A stretch of 64,000 bases of DNA from Cetorhinus maximus (Eukaryota), in contig NC_135888.1 of assembly GCF_964194155.1 (NCBI RefSeq), positions 99,882,001 to 99,946,000 of the forward strand, in the 5' to 3' direction. The notes below the pieces were generated by a model, which had not been told where the DNA came from, did not search any database, and saw only the letters and a list, made by a program, of their open reading frames with translations. The number at the start of each line of letters is the position of its first letter. The first letter of the stretch is position 1. The position numbers and the translations under genes were made by a program. This document shows, piece after piece, positions 1-13,067 of the stretch.

Positions 1-182
1 ATCTCTCTTACTGCCAGTTCAAGGAGCATCATCATTCACTCTCTCACACACACCTTCACCTGCCCTGCAGATTGCTTCCTCACCCCATCATGGCACCACT
101 CACCACCCACACATGCCAGGAATCCTTCTCATCTGACCTGGCAGGCGTCCTGCTTATACTCTTTCCACCTGTTTTCATGCAG

Positions 183-1420
183 GACAAGATGGCACACAAC
201 AAAAGAGAGAGGTCACAGACTGGTGGAGGAATGCCTGACGTTAAGGTCCTCCCAGACTTTGAAAATAGAGTCATCCAGCTGGATTGACGATCTGGACCAT
301 CCCTGTGCTGATGGTGAGGTCGGCTGTGCTCAACTAAGTGAGGACCCAGCAGTGCAATATCCATCAGACAACCATGCTGTGAGTCAGTTCTCCTGTTACG
401 CAGTCCCCTGCCATGCACTAATTATCTCTCCTTGCTATTGCAGGCACATCTGGGAAGCAGCCAAGGGGGGTCCACAAACCAGGTCTCGACTCAATCCCCA
501 AGGACACCTCAGAAGAAGAATCTGATGACACACTAATTGAGGACCTGCCACAGCGTTCACCCACACCCTCCACCAGCGCAGAGACACACACCTCAGGGCG
601 ACCTAGTTCTAGAGTAATCTCGGGGTCACAATCCGGTGAGCCCATCACGTTGTCTGATCCACAGCAGGTGGCGGCAGAGACTTCCCAGGTTCCCAGCACT
701 TGGAGGAATACTGGAGGCTAGAAATTTGCTGAGTCCAAGTTAGATGACGAGCCTCTGGACTTAGTCATGTCACAGTTGTGGGAGCTACAAAGGCAAGCTC
801 TGGAACACCAGGAAGGGGTGTCCACTCTATTCCTCAGATTGCGAGGCACAATGGAGGATTCCATCTGCCTTCAGTCTGAGGTGATAGCGTCGGCATGCTA
901 ATGCACTGAGGTCAACAACGGTAGGATGGCGGCTGCCATGGAGAACTTGGTTCAGGACATCAGTCCTGCACTGCTGCACAGGCTGAACTCCATCACTGAC
1001 AGCATAGTTGGCCTCCAACAGTGTCAAAGCGAGAGGCATGTGGGGCAGCTTGATCTCACTCCAGCTACCCCTTCTCCTCAAGGAGTCAGCCTGGGACCCC
1101 GGGCATCCATAGGGAGGATGACCAGGAGGTGCACATTCCGGAGCCATCATTCGGGTGACTCTGGGAGTGTCCAGCCCATCCGATTCCCCTCTTCTTGTGA
1201 CCCCAGCAACTCCAGCTCCACAGGCCGAGGAGGGTGCCACTGCCACACAGTAAGACCCCAAAAACAGGCCGGGCCCTCCAGATCTCTGCCCTCCAGAGGA
1301 TGCCCACCAAGGTCATCACAGACAGGGCGTAGCAGTCAGCAGGCTGCCTCCACTTCCGCTGTGGATGTCCGGAGAGTACCGACACTTAACGGCAGGGTTA
1401 GGAAAGTTAAGAAGATGTAG
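183..1420 (+). pseudogene. Harbinger Myb/SANT-like partner gene, 3' exons, disrupted
   Basis: Acceptor ttttcatgcAG at 182 opens DKMAHNKRERSQTGGG, a motif typical just after the Myb/SANT domain of Harbinger partners. A second acceptor tattgcAG lies near 443. In-frame stops and frameshifts are present. Confidence 0.65.
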
Positions 1421-1916
1421 TGCACAGCCTGGGCACGGGTATTAATCACTTGTACTTAATATTCACTATTGTAAATAAACTCCCAAGAATGTCTCCTTGT
1501 TATGATGAACAGTTTTCGTATCTCGCAGATGTGAATCCTTTCTGCACAAGATAAAGGCAGGTGTCTCAGTCCAGGGTTTTTTCCCTGTGCAGTGTGTAAC
1601 CTTCAGACCAAAGTGATGGTCTGGCTTCACACTCACTGGACACACTAGTGATGCCTGCACCTCGATTGGTGCTCAACTTTGCTGCTCGTGGGCAGGCGTC
1701 ACAGAGTTCCATCATTCTCTCTGTGTGCTGTCAGCATCTTTGAGCTCAGGCTGGCCCCCCTCATCTCTTCAGCATCTGTGACCACTGACAGTGTGCTCCT
1801 GAAGGGGTCAGATGCTGAAGGCTGACAAAGGATCAGGTGCATTTAAAGTTTCATGGCTGCATCTTCATGATATGACCCTGATCACAGACCGCCCTCGTGA
1901 GATGCCCTCAGTCAGA

Positions 1917-2174
1917 CAGGAGTCAGACATTCACAGAGGCAATGTGAAGATCTATGGAGTTTCCTCACTGCATGTTGTCATCATCCTCCTGGAATCTAGA
2001 GACTATTGGGGCCTCCGCTGCATCTCCATGACATGAGACTGAGCGTTGAGGGTATGTGCGCTGCCATCAGCCACACAGGAGTCAAATGTTCATAGATGCA
2101 AGGTAAGGATGTCAGGATTGTCCTCACTATATCTCGTCATCATTCCCTACGAATCTAGGGGCTATCAGGGCCTC
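1917..2174. repeat. Diverged direct repeat (about 99-bp units at 1917-2015 and 2076-2174, period 159) at the 3' end of the transposase
   Basis: caggagtca..tcctcact..gtcatcat..gaatctag..ctat..gggcctc occurs twice in register. Confidence 0.75.
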
Positions 2175-3110
2175 TCAAGCACATCTGCCTCATCTGGCCA
2201 GTGCAATGGCCTTATTGCCGGCATCCTTGCCTTTGAGGACCTCATCATCATTATCCCCTTCAATGTCCTCTTCATCGGAGGATACGTGCAGGTTCTGCAT
2301 CTCCTGCTCAGCCAGGTCCTCCCCGTGTTGCAGCTCCAGATTGTGGAGCACGCAGCAAGCAACGATGATATGCGACACCCTCTGGGGACTGTATTGCAGT
2401 GCTCCCCTGGACTTGTTGAGGCACCAGAACCTCATTTTCAAAGTGCCTATCTTTTGCTCCACCAAAGCCCAGGTTGCGTCATGAGCCTCGTTACATCACT
2501 GCTCTGCTGCAGTCTGAGGCAGCTACATGGGCGTCATCAGCCATGTCCTCTGAGCCAACCCTGAGATCTGTGCAAATCCCAGCATCCTTGCTTCCTGGCT
2601 TTCTTGATTCCAGGTGAAATGCACTAAGTTTTGTGCCTTTACAATGATGTCATCCGTGACCTCCTGGATATGCTTGTGCGTGGAGGCTTGTGTGATCCTG
2701 CACAGGTCACCTGTGGAGCCCTGGAAGGAGCTGCTGGTGTAAAAATTGAGCGCCGCAGTCACCTTCACGGCCATTGGCCATGGATGCTCTCCTTGTCCAC
2801 GTGGCACCAAATCCTGCAGCAGGTGGCATACGTGACTGACCAGTTCTCTAAACATGCGCAATCTTCGGCGACACTGATTCTCAGTCATCTGCAGGAATGA
2901 CAGGCGCTGTCTATAGGCCCTGGGTCTAGTGAGGCACCTACGAGCAACGGCTCACTGTGGATCTTCAGCTGCGTGAGCAGCAGGCCCTGCACCCCCTCCT
3001 TCATCTTGAGGGATGTGCTCCTCCCTTTGATGAGCCAGGCGCCTCCACTGCTCTCTTCTTCTCTGGTTTCTAAAAGCCATGAGGCATACTTCTAAATCAC
3101 CAGTCTCCAT
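2129..3110 (-). pseudogene. HARBI1-like DDE transposase with internal deletion
   Basis: ORF 2523-2888 (QCRRRLRM..VKVTAALNFYTSSSFQ..GDLCRITQAS) and ORF 2190-2465 (VEQKIGTLKMRFWCL..LQYSP..IIVACCVLHNL) match the HARBI1 N- and C-terminal motifs. The IDGTH...GDxGYP core is missing. Confidence 0.9.
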
Positions 3111-4334
3111 GATCCTGATGTTCTCCTCCTGCAGGATTGAAGAAAGAAATGCGTGGGTTAGCATAGGTGTACTAAGTTAAGTCTGAAGGCCCCTCACACA
3201 AGCAGGAGAGTGTTGGCCACCACTTGGATGGCCAGTGTGTACACACTCATTGGTTGTCTGAAACCCCACCCACCCCTGCTCCACTCCACCTGACCGATTG
3301 GTGGCAGCTTTGCCCACTGGACTGCATGCTGTGCTCTCAGCTCACGCGCAGACATTCTCCTAACCCGCACTGCAAGGCTGCACTGTTAGCTTGAACCATA
3401 ATAGATACTGGTCCAAACCTTAATAAAGACATTGCAAGGGGCTGTGAGCGCCTCCACCAGTGACTGCACCATGGCCACCTTTCACAAGGGGGTGTACAAC
3501 TTGCCCAGTTGGCTAATTGCTCTGCTGCCCCCTAAAACACACATTAATTTGCAGTCTGTGCCTGAGGGGTGAAAAGTTCTGGAGCATTTGGTGGCACTTT
3601 CATGCTTTTGCGTTCCTTGAGTGGGCAGAAAAGCTTCAGAGGCCCGACTCCAAAGATGTCAATGGAGTTGCAGCTGAACTGTCTCAACTGCGGAAGAATG
3701 CTCACTTTTGACAAGCTTTTCCAAGTGCATGGTCACTTCTCTCACCACCGCACCCCCCTCCCCGGAATGTGCTTAAGAATTTCCTTCAGTTTGTGCTACC
3801 TTGCGCACCCCCCTCACAACACCCCCACCTCTGGCCTGACCTGCACTGGAGCCCTTGCCCTGGCACCGCACTGAAAGCCAGCTGGGAAAAAGCGACTTGC
3901 CTGTGCCTCCCACAAATACACGGTGCCAATTCCTTGATGTCCGATGGGTGATGCTCACGAACACTGCGCAAGGTTGTGTGCTCTCACCTCTGAGTTCCCC
4001 TTGAAGTTCAGGTCACCAGGTGCACGCCTTTTAAAGGCAGTCATGAAGCACGCCGTTCTGAAGTCACACTGACATGGGCAGTAAATTTGACGTGGAGGGA
4101 TGATTCTGGCAGCCAGAGCGTATAATTAGATGCAAACGTATTAAAATGCCGTTCCCAACATGCGGCAGCAGGAAACACGGCCCGTCATTGACAGGTGGAG
4201 TGGACAATTGCAACTGGTTTCATGATACCGTACAACTAATTTTTGGCCTTCTCACTATATTGTTCCCCCCTCCCCACCCACCATGGTGCCTGATGCCAAC
4301 GGAGTCAGAAAATTCCCTCCGGTGTCATGCTGAT

Positions 4335-5997
4335 TTTCCATCCAGCAGTTAGGTGAGCACTTCTGTTGTACCCATACAGGTGCAGATCACCTTTCTTAAT
4401 GATCTAAATTACCCTGTCCATGATTTGGGATTGAATCAATATCTTTAGTTGCAAGCTGGTTGTAGAATACCCACTTTGGTATGCAGGAATCCTCCACATG
4501 AACCAGATGGCCGACCTAGTGAAGTTGAGCTCTGATGAGCATGCTTTCGCTACCAGATGTGCAGCACCTTGTAAGAACTTCGGTATTAAGGATTTTGACC
4601 TGCCACTTGATGTTGCAGTAGATCTTAAGCAGTGAGGGTGGGATATATCTAATAGCTTTATATGAGGTTGTCCAATGCCTCACGGCCATAGAGAAGTTTG
4701 ATTTTTATTTTGAGACAAACTCCATGCTCTCTCCAAATCTGTGGGTGAGTCTGCCAAATGCTCAGGTTGCTTTTGCCAGGCAATGGGCGATTTTATCATA
4801 CAGCACGGTGTTGTTGGAGAGGATGCTCTCTCAAGGTAGCAGAACTCCTGAACTGAGTTGAGGGATGCATTGTTGATGGTGACTATGGGATCTTGAGAAT
4901 TGTGACCAGGAGCAGGTTGGTAGAAAATCTTTGTCAGACTTATTTTAAGGCCGTTCTGAGGCCTTGGTTAAAGTAGTCAACAAGCAGCTGGATGTCCTCT
5001 GGAGTGTGAGCTATGAGAGCACAGTCGTTGCCACACAAGAGTTCACTTAGTGACATTTATGCAAGCTTGACCTTTGCAGATTGAAGAGATTGCCATCTGT
5101 CCTGAACTGAGTGTGTACTCCAATGTCAAGATCTTTGAGTGCATGCACGGACATGGCTGAGAAGTAGATGGCAAACAGAACTGGAGCCGTTATGCAGCCC
5201 TGCTTGGTGTCATTGGTAACAGGAAAGATATCTGACGAGGCATCACTCTGTATCACACTGGCCATCATAACTTCATGAAATAAACAGATCACCCTGACAG
5301 GGCAACCATAATTGTACATTATCTTCCACAGGTCTTCACAGTTTACTGTGTCGAAGACCTTGTTCAGGTCAACAAACACCATGTAGTGATCATTGTTCTG
5401 TTCATGGGACTTTTCTTGAATTTGATGTGCCACAAAGATCATGTTGACTGTTCCTCATCCAGCATGAAAGCCACAATGCAATTCTGGGTACACTGAGTCT
5501 GTAAGATGAGTGATAATCCTGTTGAGAATAACCCTTGCAAGAATTTCTCCCGCTGTGGGAGAATTGAAATACCACAATGATTGTCACATGTGGACTTGCT
5601 TCCCTTCTGTTTGTACAGGTGAGTTATGGAAGCATCCTTGTAATCTTGGGGCACAATGCTCTGGTTCCATATTAAACAGAACAGGCTAGTGAATTTCCTA
5701 ACCATGTGAGCTCTTCAGTACTTGAAATATTTCGGATAGAATTCCATAAGCTCCCGGAAATTTACCCACAGACAATTGCTCTATGGCCTTGGTGACTTTC
5801 GCTTGAGATAAATTGAAGGCAAGCTCATCCAGAAAATGATGCTGTGGAAGTGATTCAATGATATCATCGCACACTGAGGATTCTTGGTCCAGGAGGCTGT
5901 TAAAGTGCTTTGCCCAATGAGAGAGAATATCATGCCTGTCAATTAGGAGCTGATTGCCATATGTTGAGAGGGCAGGTGTTGTTGACTCAGGCGCCAT
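4335..5997 (-). mobile_element. RTE-clade LINE, decayed reverse transcriptase
   Basis: ORFs 5047-5997 give PGAYGILSEIF, PQDYKDASITHLYKQKGSKSTCDNHCGISIL, MIFVAHQIQEKSHEQ..FVDLNKVFDTV and TKQGCITAPVLF. Confidence 0.9.
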
Positions 5998-8539
5998 AGA
6001 CGATCAGCACTTGAAGCTGGGCAGTCGGGGTTATTTGAGACTTTGACCATGTGGTACTTTCTGTGCATGAAGAGCATATCAACTCTCTTCACCATCCCAG
6101 TCATTCCACTCAGATACTGACACTGTCCATCATTTAGAGAATAGCATAGATGCAGAGTCTAAACCCCATGAGACCCTGGCATGAGTGGGTGCAGCTTTGC
6201 CAGTGGCAAGGATAGTGCAGATACCAGTTCACCAGCAGGCAAGGTTGTACACAGGTTCCGATGCAAAGGACTCAGAGGAGCACTTCAATAGGGCAGCTTA
6301 CAGAAGAATGTTAAAGGGTTTGCATAACAAAATGCTTGGTGCATTACGAAGACTGCCAGAAAGCCTATGGTTAATGTCAAGGAGCATGGAGGATTCCAGT
6401 ACCATCTTGGCACAGGGCTTTGTGCAGAGCTTGGAGCCCATGCTTTTCAGCCTGGAAACAGTGGCCAACTCCGTTTGTATATTTGTGGACCCAACCATGA
6501 CGTAGAGTCTGATGGTCGATATTGCAATTCCATTACAGCACATGCAGCAGCCACTCAACATCTGGTGCTGCAGTGGAAGCTCTGACTGCAGCCATCATGA
6601 CTGCGGATTACAGTGTTCAAAGAGACTTGCATGGCATCACAGTAGTCCAGCAATCTCCAACAGATCACTAGGATTTCTGTGTTGCCCCTGGGGGAGCGGC
6701 AGTGGCTCCATGGAGCATGAAACTGCTGTTCTCTCTCAGGAGCACTACATTTATCCTCCACCATTGCCACTCTGCCAATGGCCTTGCTGTTGCCTGTCAG
6801 CCAGCAAGCCAAGATTGCTGCTGCCCATACAAAGTTAGTGTCATCCGCAGATGGGTCTTTGAGGTCCAGACCTGCTTCAGGTCATCCTCCAGGACTATTC
6901 GTAGTCTCCTCCACTGAATTCAGCAGCTTTCCACCATCCATGCTGAAGCCATTGGGTTGTAATATGTAGGAGTACTAGGACAAACAAAGGTATATGGAAG
7001 AGAGGCATTAAGAGAATGCACGGGGTGATTAGTTGGCTTTTGTATGCAATTTGGCATGGTTTCATCCATAAATTTGGTTTTGAATGTGTATTTTATGTTG
7101 GCCTTTATTTTTGCATTGTGGCTAGGTAGATGCTGTGATGGTCAGTGACAGGGGAAGATGAGGTGTTGGACTGTTGGTGAATGGGAAGTTAGGATTGAAG
7201 TTACTAGTACTGCATTTGGATGAGTTCTTTACAGACAGCCCCGCCCCTCCTCCTTTTTCTCCTCCTCATGCACCTCCTACTCCTCCACATGCTCCTGCTC
7301 CTCAGCTGCTTGCTGAATAGCTAGTGGCAAGGACTATCCCTCATGACGGTGAGGTTGTGCAGCATGCAGTAGACCACCATGAGTTTTGACATCTACTCTG
7401 CCAAGTATTGCAGGATTCCTCGAAGAGTGGTCCAGACAGCTGAACCATTAGTTCAGCATGTCAATGGTCTGCTCCTTTACATTTACATGCTGCACACATT
7501 TGCAAGGGATTTTTGACCAGGGTATGTGATCAGTGATAGCCCTTGTTGCCCAGTAGCCACCCTTTCCCATGATGATTCAAGTGCAGCTGGCACAGCAGAC
7601 TGTTGCAGAATAAAGGCATTATGATTTTCTGCCTGTGGTCACACATTAGCTGGATGGTGAGGGAGTGAGATCCCTTTTGGTTCCAGTATAGGGCAAAGTT
7701 GACTTGTGGCATCCGTTAGGTGATATGCATGTAGTCAATGGCACCCTGCACCATGGGGAATCCTGTAATCCTAGTAATGTCATGTACTTGCTCTCCTGCT
7801 TCACTCTGGCAAGAAAGAATAAAATGTAGCTAGCAATAATTGAGTAGAAAGCTTTCTATTTAAGCTTTGAGTAGACTTCCTCTGACCACCCTTACATAAC
7901 AGTCAATGGCAAACGGTGAGATGTTACAAATATCTTCAGCTCCGTCTAGAAAGAGCCAGACGCATAAAGGTTCATAGCTACTGGAAACATGGTCTTTGCC
8001 CTGCTCTGTCATTGCAGCTGTGGCAGCAGCAGGCGGCATATCTCAATGAAGCATAGACATCTTACACATTGTTCACATTGTTCCTTACTGAGGTTCAGGT
8101 AGGTGAATTACACCCTGAACACCCTAAGCAGGCCTCATATTGAGAGCCCTTCTCCTCCTCCTTTCTCTTAGCAGCTTGTCCTACTCTGTGTGCCTTCTGT
8201 TCATTCTCCAGGTTGTGCTGTGTTCCAAGGGGATTGCCTACCATTGCACCATGTCCAGAAACAATTGGTTTGTGCAGGAGTCTTGACATCATCTAAAACT
8301 CCTTCAGCACCTGTCACACCATTCCCAGTACACTTATGCAATTTTAAACAATTATACAAAGCACTAAACACCTTGAAGCAAATCAGGAGAAATTGACCAG
8401 CTACTAATCCGTAAGTGGTTGATGATTCCTTTAAATAGTGGTGGTGTGGATGTCCTTCTTGCTGCTGAATATGCGCTCAACTGTGTGAGGTTAAGAGAGG
8501 GTGTTAGCTATAGTGTTCCAGAGTCATATTGGACTTGAA

Positions 8540-8650
8540 TTGTTAACTCTGTATCTCACTCCACAGATGCTGCAGACCTGCTGAGCTTTTCTGGCACATT
8601 TTGTTTTTATTTCCAATGTCCAGCATCTGTAATGTTTTGCTTTTATTTGT
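8540..8650 (+). mobile_element. Penelope-like element 3' (pLTR) fragment
   Basis: cagatgctgcagacctgctgag..tccagcatctg matches the ends of the Penelope-derived repeats at 29120-29215 and 46590-46687. Confidence 0.7.
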
Positions 8651-8719
8651 GTTACAGGTGTAACTGTGAGCACTGTGGTCCTCTAATTCTGGCTTCTTCT
8701 TTATTCTAATCATAATTGT

Positions 8720-8978
8720 TCCACCATTAGTGGTTGTGCCTTCAGTTGCCAAGGCCCCAAGCTCCTGAATTTCCTCCCTACACCTCTTTGCCCCTCTACC
8801 TCATTTGCCTCCTTTAAGACACTTCTTAAAAGCTACCTCTTAGACCAAGCTTTGGATCATCTGACCTACTATCTCCTTATGTAGCTTGGTGTCATACTTT
8901 GTTTTATAGTTCTCTTGTGAAACACCTCGGGCTGTTTCATTATGTTAAAGTTACTATATAAATACAAGTTGTTGTTGC
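8720..8978 (+). mobile_element. L2-type LINE/SINE 3' tail
   Basis: gccttcag..ctcctttaagacacttcttaaaa..gaccaagcttt..tatataaatacaagttgttgttg. A reverse copy of the same tail is at 47883. Confidence 0.65.
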
Positions 8979-9289
8979 TTTGAAATGGCACCACTGATGT
9001 CAATTCAGCATTGCATGCTCATTGACATCATGATCTGACTGCTCTGAATACCTCTGGCAGCTATTCACCATGCACGCCTGTACTAATGCCCTCACTAATA
9101 TCGCATCTGGCGTGATTCACCCTTAGAGCGTGTGTACTCACTGTAGATGTCATTTTGGAGCTTTAAGGGCATTTGTAACATCCAAAAAATGCATATATCA
9201 CCCCAATTTCTCACCCATAGCTTGTACCCATGATGTCCTCTTGAGACAGGGTCAGCAGGAAGAATAACAGCAGCATGAAAAGGATGTGG

Positions 9290-11071
9290 AGGACAACCCA
9301 TTGCTGGCTGCAAGAGACAGTTATGTCATTCTCACACAGGAAGCTTCATCAGAGAGCAGGCGGATGGACTCTTCCGCCTTGCATGCCACTTTGTTGAGGG
9401 CATCCGACACCTCTGCCTGATGTTCTCCCGCCTCTCACTGCATCTCCAGCATCTTGTCTAGGATTGCTCCTTGAGGCTCATCATCGACTCAGAAGCCTCT
9501 TCCCCAGCAGTTGTTTGAGTGCTGGTGACCTTGGCTGTCTCTCCTCCTCATGCTGAGGACATATTTCCATGAGCTGACTACCAGGGTATGCCTGAACTAG
9601 ATCCAGTACCCAGTGATGTGTGTATCTCTGGCCTGGTGGAGGGAGCAGGTGGCAGTGATGGCTCTACAGGTGCAATGTCTTTGTCATCCTCGATCCTCTG
9701 CAGGCTGGAGCTAGTGCTGGACTCGGGTTTGGGGTCAGGCCTCACCCTCTTCTTCCTGGTACCTGTAATTGAAAGAGGAGAGAGTGAGTGACTGCATGGG
9801 CTGCCTCCAACATGGCGCCAAGCATAACCCTAAGGTTTTTATGTCAACACAGTAAGCATGGTCCCATACTGGATGAAGGCCTCGCCGTCTGCACATGTAT
9901 GGTCCCGAAACTCCACTGCCAGCTCAGCAGCCTGCCCTTCAGCTGGTGTGCGGTACCAAAGTTCATCCATACCCTCTCTCATCCTCCCTCTTGTGTTAGT
10001 TGCGCATCAACTTGTCTTGCACAAGAAGAGAGGATGGTTTGAGAGCAATTGGGGTGCAGGTGGTGTTTGCATGTTGTCAATCTTCATCAACAACCCACTG
10101 GCTACTGTGTGCTGTGTGACATGTGAAAGACAGTGCTCAAGAGTTCTTTGGAAAAGTGTAGCTAGTGCTCAGGAGTTTTTCTGCAGCACCCTCCAGAGCA
10201 ATGATAGAAGGATAAGGCTGACAAAGGCAGCGAATGCTGGTACCCTCTATGCTATCTCGCCCCCAACCCCCCCACACACAATATGAGCTGTGTGTGTGGC
10301 ATGGTCTAAGACCCACAGTCACCTCGCTACCTGCAAACTGCACGAACTGCAGTGGGACTATGAGCCATCACTGCATCACATTGAGACCCACTTTTTTGCA
10401 TGGGCAGCACAGATGTTGGCCTTGCCACTGGGGCCCATGTCCCAGTTCCCATTCAGTGAGGTGAGTATGTGGGCTAGAGGGTTCACTTACCCTGGTGGGG
10501 CTAAGTCCGGTGGCAAGGGCAGGAAGCGAAAGTGTTGTCCGCCGCAGATCCCGGTGGGAAATCGCATCGAATTGTATGATGCTGGGCTCATTAACTATGC
10601 AGGATGAGGTCATTCATTCGTTTCCTGCACTGCAGGGCTGTCCTCTGGCGAATGTAGTTGGCACTCACCAGCCTAGCGACTGCCTGCCGTGCAGGGTTGG
10701 TGAGAGCGACAGGCCTCCTCCTTCCATCCCTCAGGTACAGGACGTCCCTCCTTTCCTCCACTGCATTAATAGTGAAGCATCGCTGAATCTGGGTGCCAGT
10801 GCTCCTTGGGTTCTGTGTTCTATGTCCTGGTCCATAGCTAAGAGCGTGATAAATCAGTATCTGTTGGGGGCGCCTTTTAAAAATGGTGTCCAGATATGAC
10901 GGTAGGGTGCATGACTTCCTGCCTGCCCCGCACAACATTGGGAAACCCCTGGCTGCATAGTTAATGAGCCCAGCATCATGCGATTCAGTGTGATTTCCCA
11001 CTGGGCTCTGCAGCAGACTACACTCTCACTTCCTGCTCCCAGACTTTGGCCTGCAGCGGTAAATCTTGGCC
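9290..11071 (-). mobile_element. Harbinger remnant carrying only the spliced Myb/SANT-like gene
   Basis: ORF 10591-11001 contains AVEERRDVLY..DGRRR..QAVARLVSA..RTALQCRKRMNDLI. Minus-strand donor GTAAGTG at 10490-10484, acceptors near 10017 and 9764, terminus-like sequence near 11071. Confidence 0.8.
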
Positions 11072-11484
11072 ATTGAGTCAAGAAGTCTGAGTGGTTGTTT
11101 TGTTCTCTGGAGATAGGAGGTGTTTCAGTCCACAAAAGAAGTTAGGTGATTCTCAGGCGGACATTTTTTTCCAACTCCTTGTGTTTAAGTTCTTTTTAAA
11201 ATATAGCTTTAAAATTTGTAATATCTCCATAACTGTATTGGGCATGACACTTTGGGAATACAACTCTACTTAAAAGACAATGAGGAGGAAAAATGCAGGG
11301 AGAGTAAGGTGGTCAGACAGTACTAGAGACACTTGCTTCCCACCCATCAAACCCTCCCATCAGGATTTGCATGATTCAGTGCTATCGGTCAAAAATAATT
11401 TACACACTCAGGGAACAGAATCCTTCTCTATTCATGAAGTTAATACGTTTCTCCAATGTAATGTTGTGTGCAACCAATGATGCA

Positions 11485-11727
11485 TTATACTTTAGGAAAT
11501 TCTGACAATTTGTAAAATTGAGTTCTGGGGGTCTGTGGCAAGCTATCACTGGCAATCAATATATTAGACATTTGTTTAACACCTTTATGTACAACTAATT
11601 GGCTCATGTTGCATATTTCCTCATATGTTGCATAAGAAATTAGAGTTGTGGTGACTTTCACAACTAATGACAGTGCAGTGCCTATTCTGTAGGTAGTCAG
11701 CAAATCAGAATCCAGCATGTGACACAA
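11485..11727 (-). pseudogene. Very old HARBI1-like transposase relic
   Basis: GTALSLVVKVTTTLISYA..ICNMSQLVVHKGVKQMSN aligns with the VKVTAALNFY..LCRITQAS motif of the element at 2523-2888. Confidence 0.6.
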
Positions 11728-13067
11728 CTTTTCGATGGGTGAACTGGTGCTGATTGCTTTTCTTGTATCGCCATTAAGTTAGCCTTCACATGTCTCCTTT
11801 GAAATGCTTGAACAGGCATCTGAGGGGACTAGTGAGAGGGGATGCATGTGCTGACATGCAACACTACTACTTTCTGTTTGGTTATTGCTCAACAGCAGGA
11901 GAATAAAAATGATTACAAGCAAATTATTGAAGCTCTGAGTTGCCTACAGGGCTCTGAAGCTGGTCAACAGCTTCACTGCTAGGCTTCAACAGCAGTGGCT
12001 TGAACATCAATTCCAGAAACTAAGCATGTTATTAGGGCCTTTGTGTCTATTGCAGATAGGCCTGCCTGAACTCAAACCATCACGGTAACTTGTATACAGA
12101 TAGTAGACTCTTCCAAAACACCTAATATCTGATGCATGTTCTCAGACACCATTCCTAGTGCCTTCACCAAAATTGCATGCTCTGAAAGCATTCTTCTTCC
12201 ACCTCTTCATCTTCATTATTATCACTGTCGCTGAACAGGAGCAAGATGCTAGTCTCATCTGGATGTCCATCTTCAGAACTCAGGTTGGACCAGCTGCCAG
12301 TACTGTCATCACCTACACTGAAGCTAAGCTGGTGACACCTAAGAACAGAGTCTCAAGATTCCACAGCCAAAGCTGTATCATGACCTATCTGCACCAGAAT
12401 CTGCCTCCTTATGCTCCAATCCCAGCAACTCTTGCCTATTTGTGTTCTGTACGTCACCCTTTGCACTCAAACATTTTAATATCTGATAAAGATGAATAGA
12501 AAAAGAGCCTGTCCCAGTAAGTCCTGTTGGAACCATGGTATCTCCTCAGAGATGCCAAATACCTGTTTTTTCAAAAACTATGCCAATTCAGATAACCATT
12601 CCCTCTGAATCACCATCTAATGTACCTGGCCTGTTCCTTGGAAAGGAATTAATCATTGACTAACATGTGAAGAAGTGTTGGCACATAAAATGAATTTCTT
12701 TTCTACTCCTCTTTCTTTCTGAAAAAATCTCAAAAGGATAACAAGAAAAAGGAGAAGCATGGGTAGTGTTATAATTATGAGATTTATAAGATTATGTTTT
12801 GGGACTGTGTCTTTAAACTTAGGGTAAAACGAAGAGGGTAATGTGACCTGTGGGAAGTGGTGGAAGGGGCTAGCCGGGGAGACATTAATTACCATGACCA
12901 ACTGCAATAACTGTCTTGACACTTCCTTTGGATAGGCACAGTGATTGGTAACAAATATTTGCTCTGTTTAATGTCATATTTGGACAGTATTTTTTTCATT
13001 ATTGAGACTAAGAACTTTGAATTTCAAGTCACTGAAGATCCACTTGCAGAAACATTTACAGTAAACA

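Larger units (their letters stand above)
1..4320. mobile_element. PIF/Harbinger DNA transposon, decayed two-gene element (Myb/SANT partner on +, transposase on -); left end lies outside the window
   Basis: Convergent remnants of a HARBI1-like transposase and a NAIF1/MSANTD-like partner. Terminus-like GAAAATTCCC at about 4308-4317, immediately before an unrelated RTE LINE. Confidence 0.85.
6000..9216. mobile_element. Second PIF/Harbinger element, decayed and interrupted by younger retroelement tails
   Basis: The minus strand encodes GFPMVQGAID near 7735-7765 and WLLGNKGY near 7535-7560. The plus strand at 6185-6900 resembles the partner-gene C-terminus of the first element. Terminus-like CCAATTTCTCACCC at 9203-9216. 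Confidence 0.75.

Noticed and set aside
926-1420. 164-aa ORF as a host gene
   Set aside because: It lies inside the Harbinger element and is the broken last exon of its partner gene.
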